Source: Octopus bimaculoides (Eukaryota). Taken from it: DNA of 58,427 bases. Below are positions 52,040-58,427 of the stretch, in pieces (the stretch's first letter is position 1; each line of letters starts with the position of its first letter). Position numbers and translations under genes: made by a program. A model generated the notes under the pieces. That model did no database searches and was not told the origin of the DNA. It worked only from the letters and a program-made list of their open reading frames with translations. The stretch spans positions 58,796,520 to 58,854,946 of the forward strand of contig NC_068993.1 of NCBI RefSeq assembly GCF_001194135.2, in the 5' to 3' direction.

Positions 52040-52455
52040 TTGGCTGGCTTCTTTCAGTTTGTCTCCAAATCGGCTTACGAGGCTTTTTCGTTGGCCCAAG
52101 GCAATACTTTAACCCTTTCATTACCATATTTATTTTGAGATGCTCTGTGTTTCTTTCAATTAATTTTGAATATAACAAAGAATTTAGTAAAATAATTTCG
52201 TTATCATTAAGCTAGTGTTAGGAACATTAGTGTTAGGAACATTAGTGTTAGGAACATTAGTGTTAGGTACATAAATTGTGACTAAGGTTTGGTGGAAGAT
52301 TTTAATTAAAAAACCAGACATTTGTACTACAGAGGCAGAGGCGGTTTCAGCCAGGTTGGTATCAAAAGGGTTAAGACACTTGCCCAAGGTGCTTACATAG
52401 TATGAATGAACCAAAACCATGTGGTTTGGAAGCAGACTCTTTATCTTAGATGACC
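52040..52455 (-). mobile_element. Degenerate family A SINE split by a piggyBac-type MITE
   Basis: 'ggcttctttcagttt...ccaaatc...ggcccaaggcaatactTTAA' [insert] 'TTAAgacacttgcccaaggtgc...gaaccaaaaccatgtggtt'. Confidence 0.75.
52113..52370. mobile_element. piggyBac-type MITE (258 bp) with TTAA duplication and an internal 4 x 15 bp repeat
   Basis: TTAA|CCCTTTCATTACC ... GGTATCAAAAGGG|TTAA; TAGTGTTAGGAACAT x4 at 52213-52272. Confidence 0.85.
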
Positions 52456-52476
52456 ATGCCTGTGCTTGTATGTATG

Positions 52477-52531
<55 letters not shown>

Positions 52532-52929
52532 TCAACATTTTTAATTATTTATGTCTGAAAGCAGTGAAGAAAATCCCTGGTGATTTTCAGTTGCTTAAAA
52601 TTGTGCTTTTCATTCTTTTCTAGAGTTGATACAATAAAAGCACTAATTGCCGTAGGGAGTTGATTTCATCAGCTCTACCCACCCACAATATATGTGTAGC
52701 CATGTAATTATTGTTAAAAATCAATATTATCTCTATATTTATTTTCCAACTGTGTTAGCTAGGATTGGGTGTGTTATCATCATCACCATTGTTCTTATTT
52801 CTATGTCAGCTTTTTCAAGCTAGCATAGATTGTATGGATCATCAAAATCCAAACGAGTTTTCATTCTGAATTAAATGCTGCTTCTCCTGAACGTGTCTAA
52901 GGGCCACATCCCACTTGCATATTTCTGTT

Positions 52930-53305
52930 TCATTTATTCTTCCTTCACTTGTTTCAAGTCATTGCACTGTGCCCATGCTGGAGCACCACCTTGAATGGTT
53001 TCAGTCAAAGAAATCATCCCTGATAACTTATTTTCCCACCCGAGTCTCATGTTTTAGTTGTTTAGCAAAAGGAAACTGATGGACTAAGTTATAGGGATGT
53101 AAACAAACAAACAATGGTGTAAGTGTGCAGAGTGGTGGCAGACATTCACAAACACAAAGATACATACATGCATACATGCACACATGAGTTTCCACTCAAT
53201 TTTTATCTACCAAATTCACTTACACGGCATTGTGTGAACAACTGGGACTGAACCTAAAACCATGTGGTTGCAAAGCAAGGTTCTTAACCACATAGCCAAG
53301 TTTGT
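52930..53305 (-). mobile_element. Old, degenerate family A SINE
   Basis: 'cacttgtttcaagtcattgcactgtgcccatgctggagcaccaccttg' ... 'tctaccaaattcact' ... 'gggactgaacctaaaaccatgtggttgcaaagc'. Confidence 0.7.
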
Positions 53306-53360
53306 GCCTACATACATGCGCATATATACATATGTATATATAAATATATATATATATATA

Positions 53361-53582
53361 TCATCATCATCATCATCATCATTTAACATCCGTTTTCCAT
53401 GCTAGCATGGGTTGGATGGTTTGACTGGGGACTGGCGAACCAGATGTCTACACAAGACTCCAATCTGATCTGACAGTTTCTACAGTTGGATGCCCTTCCT
53501 AACGCCAACCACTCAGAGAATGTAGTCGGTGCTTTTTATGAGCCACCGGCATGAGGGCCAGTCTGGCGGTACTGGCAATGGC

Positions 53583-53617
<35 letters not shown>

Positions 53618-53890
53618 CACATACAAGATAAAGGTAACGCCCCTCTTCGGTCATGATGAATGACCATGGGATTGCACCTAGAAATTTCCCACTCCGAGGC
53701 AGAAGTCTGGCCAAGGTTGTTTATGGAAGACCAGCAGTCACCCATGCACACCAGCCTCCCCTCTCTATGCCACCAGTGTTATCCAAGAGAAAGGCAAAGG
53801 CCAGTGACATTGCAACTCATTTCTATAGCTGAGTGAAGTGGAGCAACGTGAAATAAAGTGTCTTGCTCAAGAACACAACACACAGCCCAG
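53361..53890 (-). mobile_element. Composite SINE-like element with a CORE-like 5' part, internal (TA)n and a (GAT)n tail
   Basis: On the - strand: 'gtgttgtgttcttgagcaagacactttatttcacgttgctcc' ... 'ggttggcgttaggaagggcatccaactgtag' ... 'acccatgctagcatggaaaacggatgttaaatgatgatg'. A second tail copy lies at 57965-58015 (+). Confidence 0.75.
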
Positions 53891-53899
53891 ATACATGTT

Positions 53900-54030
53900 T
53901 GTATGATGGACTCCCACACAGTTTCTGTCTACCAAATTTACTCGCAATGCACTGGTCAGCCCAGGGTTGTAATAGAAGATGCCTTCCTAAGGTGCCACTG
54001 AGTGGGATTGAACTGGATACCACATATTTC
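53900..54030 (-). mobile_element. Degenerate family A head fragment
   Basis: 'cagtttctgtctaccaaattt...gtaatagaagatgccttcctaaggtgccactgagtgggattgaac'. Confidence 0.65.
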
Positions 54031-54765
54031 CTAAGTGTCCTGCTTTCTTGTCTGGAAACATCCTATATAGGTGTAGGCAATGTGTGTATGTCTGTGCAAA
54101 ATAGGGTGGAAAGGCAGATAATTTATTATCATTACCACCAGGTAGCTGTTATCCAGATGTCTGGTAATTGCGTCCTTTGAACGAAGTGCATTATAAGGTA
54201 GGGGGCATATTTAGTCCTTGGTTGGTCTTATACTGTGCTTCACGGCAATCTGTCCATGCCCAGCACCTCTGCCTCTGGACTGCCATCTGTTTTTGGTAGA
54301 TAGGTCGGTAGAGAGATTAGAAAGAGATGTACGCAGAAGGACTGAGAGAGAAAACGAGATAGAGTCTATATTGTGTGGTGTGTGGTGTGTGTGTGTGTGT
54401 GTGTGTGTTCAGGTTGTGCTTGGCTAACCATAACCTGCTAATTGGCTGTTTTATTCATGGCATGATGAGTTAACCAGATCAGAAGGAAAAGGTCACCATC
54501 ATTTCCATCACCATCATCATCGTCATCACCATCATTTTCATCATCATCATCATCATCACGTTCATCATTGTCCTCATTACCACTATCTTCATCATCATCA
54601 TCATCATCATCGTTATCGTCACTACCATCATTGTTCTTACTGTCATTGTTGCCATCACAATTATTATCCAATAAAGCAATCATAATAATTATAATCTTGT
54701 ATTTAAGATTTCTTTATAAGTTCCTAAGACAACATGAATACATCAACATTGGTATAGACCTATAG

Positions 54766-54859
<94 letters not shown>

Positions 54860-54861
<2 letters not shown>

Positions 54862-55225
54862 TCTTCAATTCTTTTACTTGTTTCAGTCATTTCACTGTGG
54901 CCATGCTGGAGCACCGCCTTTTAGTTGTAGAAGTCGACCCTTGGACTTATTCTTTGTAAGCCTGGTGCTTATTCTATCGGTTTCTTCTGCCGAACCGATA
55001 AGTTATTGTGTGTGGATTTGGGAGATGGAAACTGAAAGAAGCTTATTGTATATGTGTGTGTGTATGTTTGTGTGTCTGTGTTTCCCCCCCCCCCATTGCT
55101 TGACAACTGATGTTGATGTGTTTACGTCCCTGTAATGTAGCCGTTCAGCCATAGAGATCTACAAAGACCTTACAAAGAATAAATCCTGAGGCTCCAGCAT
55201 GGCCGCAGTCAAACCAGTAAAAGAG
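54860..55225. mobile_element. Abutting inverted family A fragments (- 54860-55005; + 55010-55225)
   Basis: 'ggccatgctggagcaccgcc...cttattctttgtaagcc' against 'ccttacaaagaataaatcctgaggctccagcatggccgcagtc'. Confidence 0.75.
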
Positions 55226-55927
55226 TGTAGTTATCATAGTGTTCATTGGTATGTTCATAGTTAGGAGTTTCATGTTACAGAATGGAATTTGTTGCAATCA
55301 TCAGACGAAAAACAGAATAAACTACAACACACTTTGTAAAGGTAATTTGAAATGGTGATGAAAATTCATAATTTACGGTAGTGTAAGTTTTTGTTTATTA
55401 TCAAAATATTAGGTTCACTTGCTTCCTTTGGGCTGGAGAATGCTATGAAAGATTAAGTAATATGTAGTTTTTGCTAAATCTGTGCTTGTGTATAATATAT
55501 GTTTAGGAATAATCTTTTAACTTAGAGTGTTTTTAAGCATGTAATATTATGAGAGTTGGGGAGACACAATAAATACCAGACATTGATAAATGTAGAGGAC
55601 TGTTCATTTTAAGTCTGATTTCAGTAAATTTGATAATGGTGATTATTTTTTAAAAAAGAAAAAAAGTGATGAAGAATTATATGAGTTTGTTGGTGTTTAT
55701 ATAAATTACTATGTTTTAAAGCTATTCTGATGGTGGTATGTCATTATGTCTGTACGTAAGTGTGTGTATGTATAATTATATATATACACGTACACATACA
55801 CACACACATGAACATATATCGTATGTAATATTATTATATTACATACATATATCTTTGTGTGTGAGTGTATGTGTATAAATATATATATCTATATATATGC
55901 GCATATATATATATATATACACATATA

Positions 55928-56002
<75 letters not shown>

Positions 56003-57161
56003 CATGTATATATATTATTATATATATGTTATTTATATTACATACGTGTATCTTTGTGTGCGTGTGTGTGTAATATAGAACACAGAAATAATATATCATG
56101 TACATATATATGTATCTATTCATGTAAATTTGTATATTTAAATATATATAGATGTGTGTATGTGTCTGTGTGCATCTGTTAATGCACACACATATAGATA
56201 GATGGTGAAGCAGAGAGATTGACAGACAAATAGATAGACAGACAGATAAAGGCGTAGACAGACAGGCCACATATTTTGCAGGTATTCCCAGAATGATGGC
56301 ATAACAATATCTGATAGCTGTGGTGTTTCCTTCCAATTCCTTGAAAGCAAACACCATTCCTTTCATATATTCATTCATATGCTCATCAGATATTCAACAT
56401 TCTTATCCATACTCTAGTTGTTGTTGTTGTTGTTGTTGTCACTCCTTTAACTGCTGGTGGTGGTGGTGGTGGTGGTGGTACCAGTGGTGGTGATGACGAT
56501 GATGATGGTGATCATCATCATCATCATCATCACTACCATCGTTATCACCATCATCATCATCTTCATCATCATATACATGATGATATTGTCAACCTCCATC
56601 TTGTTCTTGATGTTGCTGTATAATTTGCTATAAGAACTCACAATCTCTTTCTTTTCATCCCCCCCTCGAACCTCCATTGCTACCACCACCACCACTACTA
56701 CTACTTCTACTACTACTACTACCCATCAAGACTTGCAACAGAAATTGTTTATTGTCCTAAAAATATCCGAAAGACAAAGACAACTTTACTGTTCCCTGCT
56801 CCCACTTGACTACCCCCGCCCCGCCCCCCGCGCCACACCCTGCCGTTCTCCTTTCCTCTTTCTTTGCTTTTTTCTTCATTGTCAGTGAGTGAATCCTTAT
56901 TTTATTTGGATCCCAGATTTACCCATCACCACCGCCACAACCACCACCACCACCACCACTACCTGCCTTTCTTCTCCATGTTGATGCTTATAATACTCTA
57001 GCTCTCCCACCCCCACCTCAATCATCTTCTCATTTCTACTCCTACCGTTCCTGTCTTTGCTTACGGTTCCCCCTCCTTCCGCCACTCCCTATTTCATTGT
57101 CACAGAATCCTTATATAATTCTGTGTTCTCATTGTGTGTGTATGCATGTATNNNNNNNNNN

Positions 57162-57195
<34 letters not shown>

Positions 57196-57631
57196 TGTGT
57201 ATGTATATATGCACATTAGTGCATCTTCATGTGTTTACATGCATGTGGGTTTTTATGTATGCTTGGTGCATGCATGCCTCTGTGTGTGTCTGTGTGAGAG
57301 AAAGAAAGAGTTTGGTTTAAAGTACCGCAGTGTGTATATATATATATGTATATTTATATGTGTGTGTGTGTGTATATATATGTTATGTATATGCATGTCT
57401 GGGTGTGCATTTTTTTTTTATCAATCTCAATGTTGACACATGTCACTCTGACATACTTAAAGACTGGCATGTGTGTGTATGCGTGGTACTGAGTGTGTGA
57501 GTGTGTGTGTGTGGTACTGAGTGTGTGTGTGCGTGTGTTTATACATCCCTAATTTGACAACATCCATTAATGTGACATGCTTAATAAGTTGATTTTATAT
57601 TCATATATGTGTGTATATATATATATATATA

Positions 57632-57677
<46 letters not shown>

Positions 57678-57712
57678 TGTATGTATATAAGTATTTATAT
57701 ATGTATACATAC

Positions 57713-57743
<31 letters not shown>

Positions 57744-57758
57744 TATATNNNNNNNNNN

Positions 57759-57812
<54 letters not shown>

Positions 57813-57847
57813 TGTATGTATATAAGTATTTATATATGTATACATAC

Positions 57848-57886
<39 letters not shown>

Positions 57887-58343
57887 AATGTATGTATGTC
57901 GACATGTGTGTGGGCATATACATACACACATACATATGTATATACACACGCACTTATATGTATATGGTTCGACCCATGCCAGCATAGAAATTGGATGTTA
58001 AAGAACGATGATGATATATATATGTGAGTGTGCATGTGTGTGTATGGAAACTGTTAGAAGCACATACACGCATTAACACTGAACAAACATACATCATACA
58101 CTCAAGTCGCTACATGTCGCATTTCCAGTATAAACACTCAGACATACACACAGTTATACAGTTGCATTTTATGTACATACACACACCCACCTGTATATAA
58201 GTGCACCTGAATGAACAAAGCTCAACAGACAGATGGATGGACAGACAGACAGACAGACAGACAATGCAGCATACATGGCAAACACATGCATTGCTGATTA
58301 TGTAGACAGAGGGAGATGCACTGAGTTGAACCTCTTCCGTCAA

Positions 58344-58427
<84 letters not shown>

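Noticed and set aside
56270-56400. Short ORF MNEYMKGMVFAFKELEGNTTAIRYCYAIILGIP
   Set aside because: No recognisable family or convincing splice sites; it runs into microsatellite.
57671-57880. Duplicated ~80 bp TA-rich block on both sides of a 10-N gap
   Set aside because: Most likely an unmerged contig overlap (assembly artefact).

Overview
Repeat-dominated, AT-rich eukaryotic genomic DNA from a draft assembly with 12 N-gaps (about 3.6 kb). The SINE families, MITEs and extreme (CA/TG), (TA), (CT), (CAT) and (CCA) microsatellite load resemble a coleoid cephalopod (Octopus-like) intron or intergenic region; that species call is my inference from repeat style. No complete protein-coding gene is recognisable, and nearly all listed ORFs are microsatellite or N artefacts. 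A few weak exon candidates exist. What can be supported: more than 30 tRNA-derived SINE copies in several modular families; decayed Tx1-like and RTE-like LINE fragments; MITEs of Mariner, Tigger/pogo, hAT and piggyBac type; and several decayed minisatellites. The most interesting signal is five minimal Penelope-type hammerhead ribozyme motifs (1280-1325 +, 11851-11886 -, 16691-16727 -, 41984-42018 +, 45466-45502 +). All five carry an extra A after the CUGANGA box, their stems differ in sequence but keep pairing, and all have the GAAAC-NUH junction with no helix III loop. The only copy with an intact core lies in sense orientation inside a tRNA-headed SINE, which suggests a hammerhead-bearing SINE possibly mobilised by Penelope-like elements. 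Neither novelty nor catalytic activity could be tested here.
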